Positions 41,722 through 56,050 are shown, counted from the first letter of the stretch. The stretch is DNA of 64,000 bases from Ministeria vibrans ATCC 50519 (GCA_943704425.1 CALSCP010002457.1:38103-102102); one strand, 5' to 3'. Made by a program: numbers and translations. Notes: a model not told the origin generated them from the sequence alone.

Positions 41722-42954
41722 ACGCACTTGCCAAGGACATCAAGAACATCAAGACGAAGGGGGACAAGGAGCCCGATCTGCTGCCCGGGCAGCGCATTGC
41801 GGCGCGCGAGCAGGCGATGGCAGCGGCCGCATTGGGCGAAGGGCCCGACCACGAATATTACTATGCGTTCCAGGTGCGCAACGCAAACCACACACCACAC
41901 TGACACGCACAAATTTTTGTGCGTGTGTGTGTTTTTTTTTATATATTTGTTGTTTGTTGTTGTTGCTTGCTTGTCTCCGCTTACACTGTCCTCGCGTCTT
42001 CTTGCCCTTAGGGATCTGGTGACTACATTGAGCCTGAGGATGGCGTTGGCGGCAACGCTGTGTACTCGGCAATGCCCTCCGCAGCAGAGTACGCCTCGAC
42101 AAACAACACACACTGAAAGAACAGCAAAGGAAGTTCATACGAGCATTGTTTGTTCATTGTAGGCGACCAACGACGGACAAGACACTGAAGGCGCAGCAGG
42201 AGGAAGAGGCAGCGATGATTAAAGCAATGACACCAGTCGTTGCAGAACAAGCCAAGATGGAGAGCGATCAGAGCTCTGCGCGTGGCATCAGCACCGACAC
42301 AAAACGCCTTATGCGCCTTAAGATGGCCGAGCAAAAGGCTGCCGAGGTGTGCAAGTTTTCTTTTTCTTCTTCTTTGTTTGAGAGTTAACTCGGAACGATT
42401 TGTGTAGGCTGAGAGGCGAGCAAAGGAGGCAGAGAAGCGCGCGCAGGAGCTTGAGAGCAAGGCGAAGACAATCGAGGAGGAGGCACGGAAAAAAGTGGAA
42501 GCAGCGGAGGCGAACGTTCCGCCCAAGACACAGTGGAAGGCACTGCCTAACATGGGGAAAGGGTCGCGAGAAGATCTGAACAAACCGACAGGGTTCGGCG
42601 GAGGCAACGCCATGGCACACATGACAGGGGCAGCACCCGCCAAGAAGGCGGAGGCGCCCAAAGACGACGGGGTCAAGGGCAAGGCGGTACTGGTCGACAA
42701 GCCGGCGGGGAAGAAGTGCGGCACATGCGCCAAGGCGCTCACAGGAAAGGGTATTGGCGCCGGCGATGAAGTCTTCTGCATTGTGCACTTCACCTGCTCA
42801 AAGGTGAGAGAGAATGCAAAGGAGAAGTGATTGAGTGTGTGCTGATAAACTGGGCTCTATCTAGTGTGGATCCATGATTGGCGTCAACGACTACTACATG
42901 AAGGACAACATTCGCTTCTGTGTCAAGGATTATGAGCGCATCTACAAGAAATAG
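41722..42954 (+). CDS. Coiled-coil protein with C-terminal LIM domain (5' truncated, multi-exon)
   Basis: Spliced C-terminus CGTCAKAL..FCIVHFTCSK|CGSMIG..YYMKDNIRFCVKDYERIYKK* matches LIM spacing. Confidence 0.8.
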
Positions 42955-43122
42955 CTTCTTTCTTTAGGATTCTTCTCTCCCTCCCTTACACACAACACAC
43001 ACACACACACACACATACACTTCTTAATCTTCCACGAATGAAAGAACAATATAACCAACTGAAGTAATATGAAAATTCAAATATTCAATGAATAATCAAT
43101 TTTTTTTGACGAATTTCAACAA

Positions 43123-44533
43123 GATGGACCGCCGAAGCGACCGTTATCACGATGATCGTCGTCGGGATGGTCGCCGTGATGATCGATATGACGATCGTCG
43201 TGATGATCGGGACCGGAGTCGCGACTATCGTCGAGAGCGCGATTACAATAGCCGCGACAGCCGCGACTCGGGCCGTGACCGTGACTACGGCAACGATCGA
43301 TCTGGTGGCCGCAGCGGAGGGCGCTTTGAGGACTCGGATTGGCGGCAACGGGCACCTCCGCCACCGCCGCCTTCGTCGTCCGGTCGTTCGCGCGACATTG
43401 TGCCTCCGCCGCCCGCCGTCGAGATGCCTCCGTCCATGATGGGTGTTGGGCCTCAGCCACCGCCTCCGCCAGCGGAAGATCTCATGCCAAAACGCGAAAA
43501 ACGAGACGTGAGAGGGAAAAAGGGATGTCGTTTTTTTTTTGTTTTTAAACCTTTTCCGTAGCCATTGTCGCTTGATCAACTCATTGCCCGTCGCGAAGAG
43601 GCCATTGTTGCTGCATCAAAGGTGGGTTTTTGATGTTATTTAATAAGAGAGTGAGTGAGAGAGAGAAAGGAGGGAGGGAGAGAGAGTGTGTGTGTGTGGA
43701 GGGAGAAAGAAACAAAGTTGTTGAGAGTGAGTGAGTGAGAGTGTGTGAGAGAGAATGTGATAGAGAAACAATTTGAGAAAGAAACAATATGAGAGAGAAA
43801 CAAGAGAAACAATGTGTTAAAGACTGAACCGTGTGTTTGACAGCCCAAATTTCTCACGAAAGAAGAGCGTGCGGCGGAAGCAATTCGACGCCGTGAGGCC
43901 GAAGTGGCAGCAAGTCGTCAGAATGTTGAGGAACTACGAGAAAAGCGAGTGCGCATCTTTGAGCAAGGAAGAGGTAAGAAGCCAGAGAACATAAACAAAA
44001 AATCATCGCCGAGATTTGACTTGTGTGTGTGTGTCTGTGTGTGTTGTGTAAAGACGAACTTCGCTACGGTGGTGCGTCGTCGTCGTCGTCGTCGTCGTCG
44101 TATCATCGTAGAGGGGAAAAAGAGAAACCCAAAGAGGAGCCCAAAGACGCAGATATGGAAGCTATTCGAGTAGGGAAACGTCGACGAGTGTGTTTGTGAA
44201 AGTGAGTGTTTTATGGGTTTATAGGAAGCGTACTTGGGAGCGGAGAAGAAGAAGCGCAAAATACGGAAGATGAACGAGAAGAAGGTGGTGTTTGACTGGG
44301 ACGTGAGCGAAGACACAAGTGCGGACCGCAATCCAATCTATGCGAATCGTCATCATGCACAAATGTATGAGAGAGTATGACGTTTGTGTGTGTGTGGCTC
44401 ATGCGTGTGTTTAGGTTTGGACGTGGGCATGTTGCGGGAATTGATGTGAAAGAGCAGAAGAAGAATGCACTGTTCTATCGGCAGTTTTTGAAGGAACGAC
44501 AGAGCGAAGAGGAAGCGAGAAGAATGCGGTAGG

Positions 44534-44631
<98 letters not shown>

Positions 44632-45034
44632 AAAGGAGGGAGAAAGAAACAAAGTGATAGAGAGAGAGAAAGGAGGAGAAAGAAACAAATGATAGAGAGA
44701 GAGAGGAGAGTATGTCTCTGTGTGTATGTGTGTGGCTGATGGGTTTGTGTAGGGAACGAGAGGAGGAGACTCGAGCCAAGGAGCGCAAACAGGCACACGA
44801 TGACCGCCATTGGACAGAAAAGGAGCTGAATGCGATGACCAAGCGTGACTGGCGCATTGCGCGAGAGGACTGGAACATCACCACAAAAGGTACTCAATTA
44901 TCGTATTATCTATATTTAAGCACACACGCATGTATTCACCAATTTTTTGTGTTCATCTTGTGCAAACCTGAAATTCAGTGTCTCTGCTTTGAGAATATAT
45001 TCTCTCACATACAGTGACACACACACACTCTCTC

Positions 45035-45089
<55 letters not shown>

Positions 45090-46335
45090 NNNNNNNNNNN
45101 NNNNNNNNNNNNNNNNNNNNNNNNNNNNNNNNNNNNNNNNNNNNNNNNNNNNNNNNNNNNNNNNNNNNNNNNNNNNNNNNNNNNNNNNNNNNNNNNNNNN
45201 NNNNNNNNNNNNNNNNNNNNNNNNNNNNNNNNNNNNNNNNNNNNNNNNNNNNNNNNNNNNNNNNNNNNNNNNNNNNNNNNNNNNNNNNNNNNNNNNNNNN
45301 NNNNNNNNNNNNNNNNNNNNNNNNNNNNNNNNNNNNNNNNNNNNNNNNNNNNNNNNNNNNNNNNNNNNNNNNNNNNNNNNNNNNNNNNNNNNNNNNNNNN
45401 NNNNNNNNNNNNNNNNNNNNNNNNNNNNNNNNNNNNNNNNNNNNNNNNNNNNNNNNNNNNNNNNNNNNNNNNNNNNNNNNNNNNNNNNNNNNNNNNNNNN
45501 NNNNNNNNNNNNNNNNNNNNNNNNNNNNNNNNNNNNNNNNNNNNNNNNNNNNNNNNNNNNNNNNNNNNNNNNNNNNNNNNNNNNNNNNNNNNNNNNNNNN
45601 NNNNNNGGGGGTTAGGGTCAGTGTTTGTGTGTGTGTGTGTGTGTACGTGTTGAAAGTAAGATGTTAGTGCCTATTCTAAAGTACTGCGAGTGTATTTGAA
45701 TATATGTTGTGCGCTTTTTGCATGTGTTGACAGGGATTGCTTTTAGGTCGTATGCTTGCGAATCTGATGGACCACTCCATGTCATTGGATCGCTGTACTT
45801 ATGTTGTTCTTGATGAAGTAACAACATTGCCCAGACTCCCGTTTTCTTTCTCACTCCAGTTGTTACTGTATTTTTTAGGCTGACCGAATGATTGATATGC
45901 ATTTCGAAGAGGATCTGCAAAAGATTCTCAAGTTTTTGCCAGTGACCAATGAAAAGCCAATCGAAGAAGGTGACAGCCACGCAAAACCACTTGTCACAGA
46001 CTCTCTCACACTCTCTCACTGCCCCACGCACTGACGAACCCGTATACTGACTCACCATCACAGAAGGAAAGGACTACTCGAACATTGCGCATTTGTCGGC
46101 TGACCAGCGATACCGCCAGACGGCCATGTTCTCAGCCACCATGCCCGCCAGTGTCGAGCGTCTCGCACACGCCTACCTCCGCAGACCCGCCACTGTCCAG
46201 GTCTGCTTCCTCTCTTTTTTTTCTCTCTCTTTTCTCCATCATTTTGTTTCTTTCTTCCTCCTCCTCTCTCCCTTTCAATCTGTCACTTTGTTTTCTTTCT
46301 CCCTCCTTCCCCTCTCCCTCCCTCTCCCTCCCTCT

Positions 46336-46418
<83 letters not shown>

Positions 46419-47142
46419 TCTCTCTCTTTATTATTTTATTGACATACTTGAATCTTACTCAGATTGGCACCGTGGGCCGCCCCGTCGATCGCATTGTGCA
46501 GCACGTTGAGCTCATTCCGGCCCCGGCCAAGGGCAAGCGACTGCTTGCGCTGCTGGGGGCCCTCACGCCGCCCGTCATTGTTTTTGTCAATCACATCAAG
46601 GCAGCTGACACACTCGCAAAAAGCCTCGAAGGCAAAGGGTTCACTGTCGCTGTGCTGCACGGCAAAAAGACGCAAGATCAGCGCAGTGCCGCCATCGAAG
46701 GAATCAAAAAGAAGGGCAAGCAGATCCTTGTCGCGACCGACGTGGCCGCTCGCGGTACGGAAAAAATCATTGCACCGTTTGCTCTGTTCCTCTTTTTGCA
46801 AAAACTCATTTGTTTGTGTTCTGTAGGCCTTGACATTTCGGATGTGTCTGCCGTCATCAACTTTGACTGTGCCAAAACCATTGAAGATTACACTCACCGA
46901 ATTGGCCGAACTGGACGGTAAGACATAAAACGACAATATGATAAATCATAATAATTGATTTTACTTTTACGTGTAGTGCGGGTAAGGAGGGTGTCGCATA
47001 CACTTTTCTCACCGAAGACGACACGGACATTTACTTCGAACTGCGCAAGTTCCTCGAATCGTCGCCCGTCTCACAGGTGCCCGCTGCCCTTGCTAACCAC
47101 GCTGCGTCCAAAGCACCTCGTCCCGAGCGTCAAATGAAATGA
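43123..47142 (+). CDS. DDX23: Spliceosomal DEAD-box helicase Prp28 (U5-100K); part lies in the gap at 45090-45606
   Basis: RD-rich N-terminus, [58 protein letters not shown]|[33 protein letters not shown]. Confidence 0.95.
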
Positions 47143-47219
47143 TCGAATATTTTCAATTTTGACTGATCGTATATTTTCAATTTGACTTTTTTGTATCATT
47201 AATCATTTTTTTGATAATC

Positions 47220-49539
47220 ATGCTCAAACTCTTCGCATTGGTGACTCTTGGTCTGCTGGCCTTGACGACGGTCTCTCTGGCAGCAACGCCACGCGAACGT
47301 GCCGAAGCGCTGTTGAAGAAGGTGACAATCTCATCCCACACAATCGCCCTCACAACTCCCTAACGCCCTCCCCCACACACACTCGCACACACTCCCAGAT
47401 GACTCTGAAGGAGAAGCTCAGCATGGTCCACGGTGAATTGTTGGAGATTCCCGGTGGCTATGTGGGTGGAGTGCGCAAGAACGAACGACTGGGCATTCCT
47501 GCGCTCAATCTGGAAGACGGTACACATCTCTTTCCTTGTCTCTCCCTCTGACTCCTCCTACTCGCTCCTACGCCCTCTTAGGCCCCCAAGGCGTTGCCGA
47601 CGAGGTGTCTGGTGCCACGGTCACGACGTGGCCGTCGGCACTGACGGCTGTCTCGTCGTGGGACACCACTTTGTTTCATGAGTACAGTGCGGCCATTGCA
47701 CAGGTACATCACACGACGTTACTGTCTTTATTATTATAATTATATTATTTGCATTATGTTCTTGTAGGAGCAACGTGACAAGGGGACGAATGTGGCGCTG
47801 TCGCCCATGATGAATATTGCGCGTGTGCCCATGGGTGGTCGCAACTTTGAGTCGATGGGCGAGGACCCTCACCTGGCCTCCCAAATGGCCAACGCGTCCA
47901 TCACGGGCATCCAGAGTCGCGGCATCATGGCCAACGCCAAGCACTTTCTTGCCAACAACATTGAGCATCGCCGTAAGCACGTCGACGAGTACATCGACGA
48001 GCGCACCCTCTTCGAGATCTACTATCCGGCCTTTGAAGCGTCCATCCGCGCTGGTGTCCTTTCCGTCATGTGCTCGTACAACCTTGTCAACGGCTCGCAC
48101 GCCTGCCAGAACGCCCCGGCCATCCAGCATCTCAAGGGCGACATGGGCTTTCAGGGCTTCCTCGTCTCCGACTGGCTTGCCACCCATTCCACTGCCGACT
48201 CCGCCAATGCTGGTCTTGACATGGAAGTACTCGACATATTTTGCTGTCTTCCTTCTCCTCTCTGATCTGTTTCTGGGACTCTTTTTTTTCTTCTTCTTCT
48301 TCTTTTTCTCAGATGCCTGGTGGACTGTACTTTGGGGATTTGCTTGAATTGGCGATACTCGACAAGCACGTGCCCGAGGCGCGTCTGGACGATATGGTCG
48401 TGCGTATTTTGACGTCCATGTATGCCATTGGCCTCTTTGACCGAGCACCCTCGGGTGATCTTAAGGCGAACGTGACGAGTGCCGCGCACCACGCACTGGC
48501 ACGCAAGGTGGCGGGGGCGGGCACGACACTGTTGACTAACGACGGAGGAGTGCTCCCCATTGGCCGAGGAGTCCGCTCCATTGCGATTGTGGGCGACGAT
48601 GCAAGTGTCAAGCCCATTATTGCCGGCGGTGGTTCGGGCCATGTCAATGCTGGTTACATTGTGACGCCCCTGGAGGCCATTCGGACGCGTGCGTCGCCTG
48701 CCGTCAATGTCACGTACACGCCATCGTCGGCATCGATCGCCGACGTGCAAGCAGCCGTGCGTGGTGCAGACCTTGCGATTGTGTTTGTGGGAACGACGTC
48801 GGCCGAGGGAAGCGACCGTAAGTCACTGTCGTTGGGCGACGCTCAGGACTCGCTTATTGAGACGGTCGCGGCCGCACAGTCCAACTCGGTGGTTGTCGTG
48901 CACTGTCCCGGGGCGGTGACCATGCCATGGAAGAGCCAAGTGCGGGCCATTCTGGCGGCGTTTCTGCCCGGTGCCGAGGACGGCCATGCCATTGCGGACG
49001 TGCTCTTTGGCGATGTGGACGCCAGCGGTCGATTGCCACTGACCTTCCCCGTGTCGGAGCTCATCACACCCATTGCGAACAACACACTGCTCTACCCGGG
49101 TGTCAACGATCGCTGCGAGTACCTTGACAAGCTCAACGTGGGCTACCGCTGGTGGCTTGCGACGAACCGTGAGCCGCTCTTTTGCTTTGGGCACGGCCTG
49201 TCGTACACCACCTTCTCGATGCGCCTGCTCAATGCCTCCGCCTCGACCGTCACCATCTCCGTCACCAACACGGGCGCTCGTCCTGGTAGTGCCGTGCCCC
49301 AGCTTTACCTTGCCTTCCCAGCACACGCCGGCGAACCCCCGCGCGTTCTCCGCGCCTTCACCAAGATCAATGCCCTCGCATCCGACGCCACACACGTACA
49401 TTCGTTCTCCCTCACTTCCCGCGATTTCTCCATCTGGGATGTCGTCTCCCATCGCTGGTCGCTCGTCCACGGCTCCTTCACCGTCTTCCTCTGCTCCTCC
49501 TCTTGTGTCACTCACGACTCACTTGCTATTGTTATTTAA
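47220..49539 (+). CDS. Glycoside hydrolase family 3 beta-glucosidase, secreted (multi-exon)
   Basis: Signal peptide, MTLKEK, GGRNFESMGEDP, AKHF, SVMCSYN, GFQGFLVSDW (nucleophile), EGSDR, SGRLPLTFP, FGHGLSYTTF and an Fn3-like C-terminus. Confidence 0.95.
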
Positions 49540-49593
49540 ACGAAAGTAGAAATGAATAAAAAAAAACAATGATTGCTGTTATTTACTGCGCAA

Positions 49594-51745
49594 TTACAAA
49601 AGCATTGCTTCGAGCTGTGCAGTCGACTCCTTCGCCTCCGACATGAGGCGATATCGCTCGACATACAACTGCGCGCGGTTGAGCAGACGCGCTGCAGCTC
49701 TGTCCTCTGTTGCTGCACTCACATCATTTCGTCCTGCTCTCTCGTGTGTCTTGGTGACCGTGCGGTTGAGCCGTGCACAATCACGTCTCATCTGCTCGTT
49801 TTCATCGCGACGCTCTTCAATGCAACTCAGCAGTGTCTGTACAGTCGTCTTGACGCGTTCACGCTCCGCCTCAAGCACACGAACACGCTCATCTACTCCC
49901 CCTGTGCCACCACTCGTCGTCGAGTTTGCTCGTGAGGACTCTGGTGCCGCGCGCAATGCCTGTAACTTGGCATCGAGGCGAGCCCGTTCTGCCTTGGCAC
50001 TTCGCGCGTGTGTCTCAATCTGCAAACGTGCCTGTTCAATCTGCGCAATGAGTGCACTTTGCTGCTTCTCGAGCTGAGCGCCATCGAGTGCGTCAATCTC
50101 GGCCGAGCCCACCAGTTGTGTGAGACGCGCGCGCTCTGCGTACTGCTCTGCAAGTTCACGGTTGACACGACTGCGCTGTTCCTCGAGTTGACTCTCGTGG
50201 TCGCGTGCCGTCGTCAGTTGTCGTTCAGTTCGCTTTACTTTGGCGCGCAGAGTCTCCAGCGTGCGCTGAGCCTGTCGCTCCCTCACAATGGCAATGTCTT
50301 CCACTGTCGCCGTGGGAGGCAGAGTTGCAGCAACAATGACATCCACAGGGACAACAGGGGGATCAGCTGTTGTAGTAGTTGTAGTGGCGATGGTGGTACG
50401 CGGAGCAAGAGAAAGACGAGTGGCCAGGGCTGGTACAACCATGTCGTCCACATGAGNNNNNGGCAGCGCATGATCTTTCTGCTTCTTCTTCCTTCTCCTC
50501 CTCCTCATTTTCTTCTCCTTGCGGTACCACCACGTCACTCTCGTCATCGTTTTCATCATCAAGATAATTTCCTTCTTCTTCTTCTTGCTGAGCCGGTTGA
50601 AGATCGAGCTCGTTTGAGCATGCTTCGGGCAGATCCATGTCTTGAACCATTTCAGTTTCGCAAGCAAAGTCAAATTCTGTTGTGGTGAGGTCTTCGTCGT
50701 CGTTGTCTTCGTCGTGTCTGTAGGGGCTGTTGGGAGAGGCGGTGGTGTGGTCGGGAACGACAGTTGCGACTGGCGGCTGCGCCGCCAGTGCCGTGGGAGT
50801 GTGTACAGGGCGCGGGCGGGGCACGGGGCGCGGTGTTGTTGTGGCTAGAGCAGGGTTTGAGGGTACTTGGCGTGAGTCTGGGCGTGGTGCGGGCACAGGA
50901 CGAACAGGAGCGGTTGAAGCAGCGGTGGGAGGGGTGCGCTCGACTTTGGTGCGCGGAATAAACGGATTGATCTCGGGTGTGCCGACAGGCTCTGTGGTGG
51001 CAATGATGGTGTCTTCGAGGGCGGTGGCACCTTTGTTAGACAACGAGGACATGGTTGAGCGGCGATCACGCGGGGGTGTGCGCATGAGGGTGCTTCGCGA
51101 GGCGAAGGGATTGTCGGCGGAGGGTGGCAGTGGAGGGGGAGCTGCTCGTGGCGTAGCCGGCGCCGATGCTGCTGTGAGCTTCTTCGAGGGGGTGCGTACC
51201 CGTGAGCTTCGACGAGGCGATGCAACAGAGGGCGAAGGCGACGAGGGTGCTGTGCTGGCGTTCTCTTTGTTGGTACTCGCGACCTTTTTCGCGGGCGTTC
51301 GTGCTGACGCCGAGAGCGAATTTCTCGCCGCGTACGTGCTGCGCGGGCGCTGGAATAAGGAGGCACCATGCCGAGCTTCAAGTTTGTCCACAAGTGCAGC
51401 GAGTGCGCGCGTCACACGACTACTTGTCTACGTTGACGACCACACAAACTTTTTGAATTTTCTGTTCCTTTTTTTTTTTTGAATTTTCTGTACCGGCGAA
51501 ATGTCGGCACCAGAACGCAACAAGTGTCCAAGTTCGAGGAGCTGCATGTACCGAACAATACGACGGCAGTTTACGGGTCGTTCACACTCGGCCGGGTCCC
51601 AATTCCAGGCGGAGTCGTAGCGAGAGAGAAGTGAGGCGAAAACTTGAATGAGTTCCTCGTCGGAGACTTCGCGAACGCGCGAGCGCGTCTTTGCCGCAGT
51701 CCAACCAATGCGGCCGATTTTGTGCAACAATTCCGTTTCAGCCAT
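49594..51745 (-). CDS. Hypothetical protein: small globular N-terminus, Pro/Ser-rich TP-motif linker, acidic tract, long C-terminal coiled coil
   Basis: Exon 51745-51494 splices in frame to 51427. The frame change at the 5-N gap (50457-50461) joins ORFs 50363..51415 and 49594..50673. Confidence 0.7.
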
Positions 51746-51887
51746 GGATAATAATAAAAATAATTATTAAATTTTTAAATTATTTTTTGATTTATTGTTT
51801 GATTTTTTGATTAATAATAATAAAATAAATTATATTATTATTATTATTATTTTTGATTTTTTACTAATTCTTGAAAACTCCCAAAGT

Positions 51888-52754
51888 ATGGTGCGTGGAC
51901 ATGCGTGCTCTTTGGCTTACCTAATGATATCTTTGCTTGTGTGGTGTGTGACGAGCGGGAAAGGCGTGGAGATGCTTGATCTGAAGGATTTTCAGGGTGA
52001 AGAAGTGTTGTTTATTGTGGCGCATCCTGACGACGCTGCCGGTCTGGCGGGCGGTCTAGTGTCGCTATTGACGAGCCAGGGCACTACGGTGCGGTATTTG
52101 ATCGCGACGAATGGGGACAAGGGCGGAGAATGCTACAATTCGACGAGGCGCTTTGCGTGTCCTTCGGAGAGTCTTGCGGCGCTGCGGCGCCAGGAGCAGA
52201 CGGATTCGGCGCGTGTGCTCGGGGTGTCGTCGGTGGACTTTCTTGATCTTGAAGACGGGCGGTTGGCGTCGTACGACGAGGAGACGGTGCGGATGCGCTT
52301 CACAACGGTGGTGCGCACCCGCAAGCCCTTTGCGGTATTCACGTTTGCTCCCGAGGCGGACATGGACGCGCCACCCATGAAGGCACAATGCCCGGCATGC
52401 TGGGACGATTTGGGCTATCATCCGGATCATCAAATGGCGGGGCGACGCGCTATGGACACGGTGGTAGGACCGAGCGCTGCGTTGGACACCATGTTCCCGG
52501 AGCTGGCACGCGCCGGTGTGCCCGGCTGGACGGTGACGCGGTTCTACATGTTTGCACTGACTAATCCGACGCACCTTGTCAACATTGGAGGGGCTCCTTT
52601 GGATGCACGCATCGAAGCGTTTCGCTGTCACAAGAGTCAGTACACCTCCTTTGACTATCTGCGCAACAACACCGAGTGGGTTGCACGCTCGGTGGCCAAG
52701 CTGGCCCGGGTTCCCGGCGTAGACTATGCTGAGGGATATCGGGCGTACTTTTAG
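51888..52754 (+). CDS. PIG-L/LmbE-family zinc deacetylase, intronless, with N-terminal hydrophobic segment
   Basis: Motifs AHPDD, ATNGDKG, RRQEQ..SARVLGV, LDLEDG, HPDH, CHKSQY, AEGY. Confidence 0.88.
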   Translation: MVRGHACSLAYLMISLLVWCVTSGKGVEMLDLKDFQGEEVLFIVAHPDDAAGLAGGLVSLLTSQGTTVRYLIATNGDKGGECYNSTRRFACPSESLAALRRQEQTDSARVLGVSSVDFLDLEDGRLASYDEETVRMRFTTVVRTRKPFAVFTFAPEADMDAPPMKAQCPACWDDLGYHPDHQMAGRRAMDTVVGPSAALDTMFPELARAGVPGWTVTRFYMFALTNPTHLVNIGGAPLDARIEAFRCHKSQYTSFDYLRNNTEWVARSVAKLARVPGVDYAEGYRAYF

Positions 52755-53194
52755 AGAAGAAATAAAATTTTATTATCATAATTTATTATATTAATAATAG
52801 TGTAATAAAATAATAGTAACAATAAAAAATTATACTGGAAGAGGATAATAGTAAAGAGTTATGAGCGAGTTCAGTGACTATTGAACAATTCCTTCTATTA
52901 ACCTTACGGTTAAAATAAGAACAATTGCATTAAAATATAATTTATTAAAATTAATCGAAAAAATAATAATAGTACTTATTACTAAACCTAAACTCAAAGT
53001 CTCTACCTGAAGTACTAAACTTAAAGTTCTTAATTTGGAATTTTGGATGATAAATTATTATAAGAAGAAGATAATAAAAATAAGATTGTAATAAATTAAT
53101 AAAAATAAATAAAAAATTATTTAATAATAATAATAAAACAAAAAAAAACAAAAAAAAAACAAAACTAAACCAAACTAATTCAAAAAGAAACAAA

Positions 53195-53498
53195 AAAAAA
53201 AGAGAGGGATGGCCCCCGCGATGAAGGTCTCCACTTCCACTTCGGTTCTGGCAAGGTCGCATTCTTCTCTGCTATCTCACGATCTCACTCCCGCGTCGAC
53301 TTAGACTGCTGTGTTTCCACCCTGATCCGTTCCGCCGAACTTTAGCAACCAACGACACAACACCTCCGTGCTGTGCCGCTGGAGAACGGAAGCGTATGTG
53401 AGACAGAAAATCAACATGCGAACACCGGCCAGAAGGACTCCGTAATGGAGGTCGATTCCAACAACTGTAGGCCTGGCCAAAACCAAGTAACAGCCACC
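53195..53498 (-). ncRNA. SRP RNA: Signal recognition particle RNA (7SL)
   Basis: On the minus strand, helix 8 reads GAUCAGG-GUG-GAAA-CAC-AGCAGUC (53326-53304) and helix 6 reads CGGCACAGCAC-GGAG-GUGUUGUGUCG (53378-53353). The linker GGUUGCUAAAG..GAACGG resembles 7SL. Helix-5 pairings include UCUCAC/GUGAGA, UCGCAU/AUGCGA and UUCUGGC/GCCAGAA. Length is ~300 nt, ending at an oligo-T Pol III terminator. Confidence 0.9.
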
Positions 53499-53892
53499 AA
53501 ACGGTTTTTTCGCCTTTTTCGATACATATCATCGTTTTCATTTCACTTCACCCTTTCCCCGCGACACGCCCTTTGATCACATCCGCATTGTACTCTGCAT
53601 CTAGAGCTGCAACGACCTCTCGTAGACTTGCCTTTTCCTCTCGACGTGGCAAAATTTTATAATTAACCAGACGAGACGTTGACGACGCCCATTGCGAAGT
53701 GTACACGCTGAATAGTGAGTAGTGAGTGACTGAGTGCTGAATGCTGAATTGCTGACTGCTGAGTCGCTGATCAGTGATCAGACAGCGTAGCATGGCACTA
53801 GCATGGGTGTGGGTTATATAGCATCTAATCAAGTGATTTTGATCATTCGACATTCATTTTCTCTTCACTCTCCCTTTACTCATCTCCCCGCC

Positions 53893-55103
<1,211 letters not shown>

Positions 55104-55135
55104 TGAATTATTTTTGTTTTTTTCTGATTGGGTTT

Positions 55136-56050
55136 TCATTCCAGTGTTGCAATTTTGAGGTTGTCCTTTCCCGTGAGCGGTACTTGCAATGAAGTGACGT
55201 CCTTTCCGTCGACAAACAAGCCCGACGAGTTGCGGGAGTTGTCCGACGCAATGAGTGTTGCGTTGTGCAAACGTGACCATTCGCCAAAGCCAGTGTGTCC
55301 AATGTGCAGTGGCACCTAGGAGAATCACATTGCATCTCATTAGACGTTAGATATACATGAACAGTATTGGTATCGGTGTTGCCTGACCTCGACCGAGTAC
55401 AAAAAGTGTTTGACGCCCATTTTGACTAGCGTGACAGCAGGGTCTTCGTACAGAATGTCTTTGCAAGTGAACAGACCGAAGCGCACGCCAAACGCATCGA
55501 GTGTGACGTGTTCGACCTTTTGCAAATGGTCAAACGTCTTGGTGAACCAGGGGTGCGTCTTGCGGTAGACGGCGATGATGTTGCCGCTCTCGCCAAACAC
55601 AACATTGGTGTTGAACAGAAACTCGCCGTCGTCGGGACAGGGCTGCTCGAATATGCCATTGCAGGGGTGACGCTCGACCAGGTTGACGTCAATCATGAGT
55701 TTGTATTGCTGAGCGAGGCACGAGATGTTGGTGAGGGCGGGCGTGGAGGCGTTGGCCAGGGCGCACGGGTTGGTGCTGCCGACCGTTGTGTTTGCCGGCA
55801 AATACTCCCCAAACGGCCGCGTGTCGTCGCGGTGCTTACCGACGCCAAGACCAAACTCGGGCAAGACCAACACCTGAACAGCGTGCGCAGCAGCACTGGC
55901 CACGGCCGATGCGTACAGAGCGAGGTTGGCACTCTTGATGGCACTTGGGGTTGCACCGCCCACCTCCTCGTGATCGAGGACACCCGCCACGTACGAGCCG
56001 CGAACAACCAGTGCCGACAGAGCAAAGAGGGTGACAGTGAGAAGGTTCAT
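55136..56050 (-). CDS. Secreted carbon-nitrogen hydrolase, vanin/biotinidase-like (2 exons)
   Basis: Signal peptide. Catalytic E-K-C in VLPEFG, YRKTH and FGLFTCKDILY, plus FNTNVVF. Exon 2 ends ..KIATLE*. Confidence 0.88.

Noticed and set aside
44947-45667. ORFs spanning the long N run
   Set aside because: Artefacts of the gap, which must hold the missing DDX23 exons (Q-motif to motif Ib).
50457-50461. Apparent frameshift or pseudogene in the coiled-coil gene
   Set aside because: It coincides with an N gap, so an assembly artefact is more likely than programmed frameshifting.
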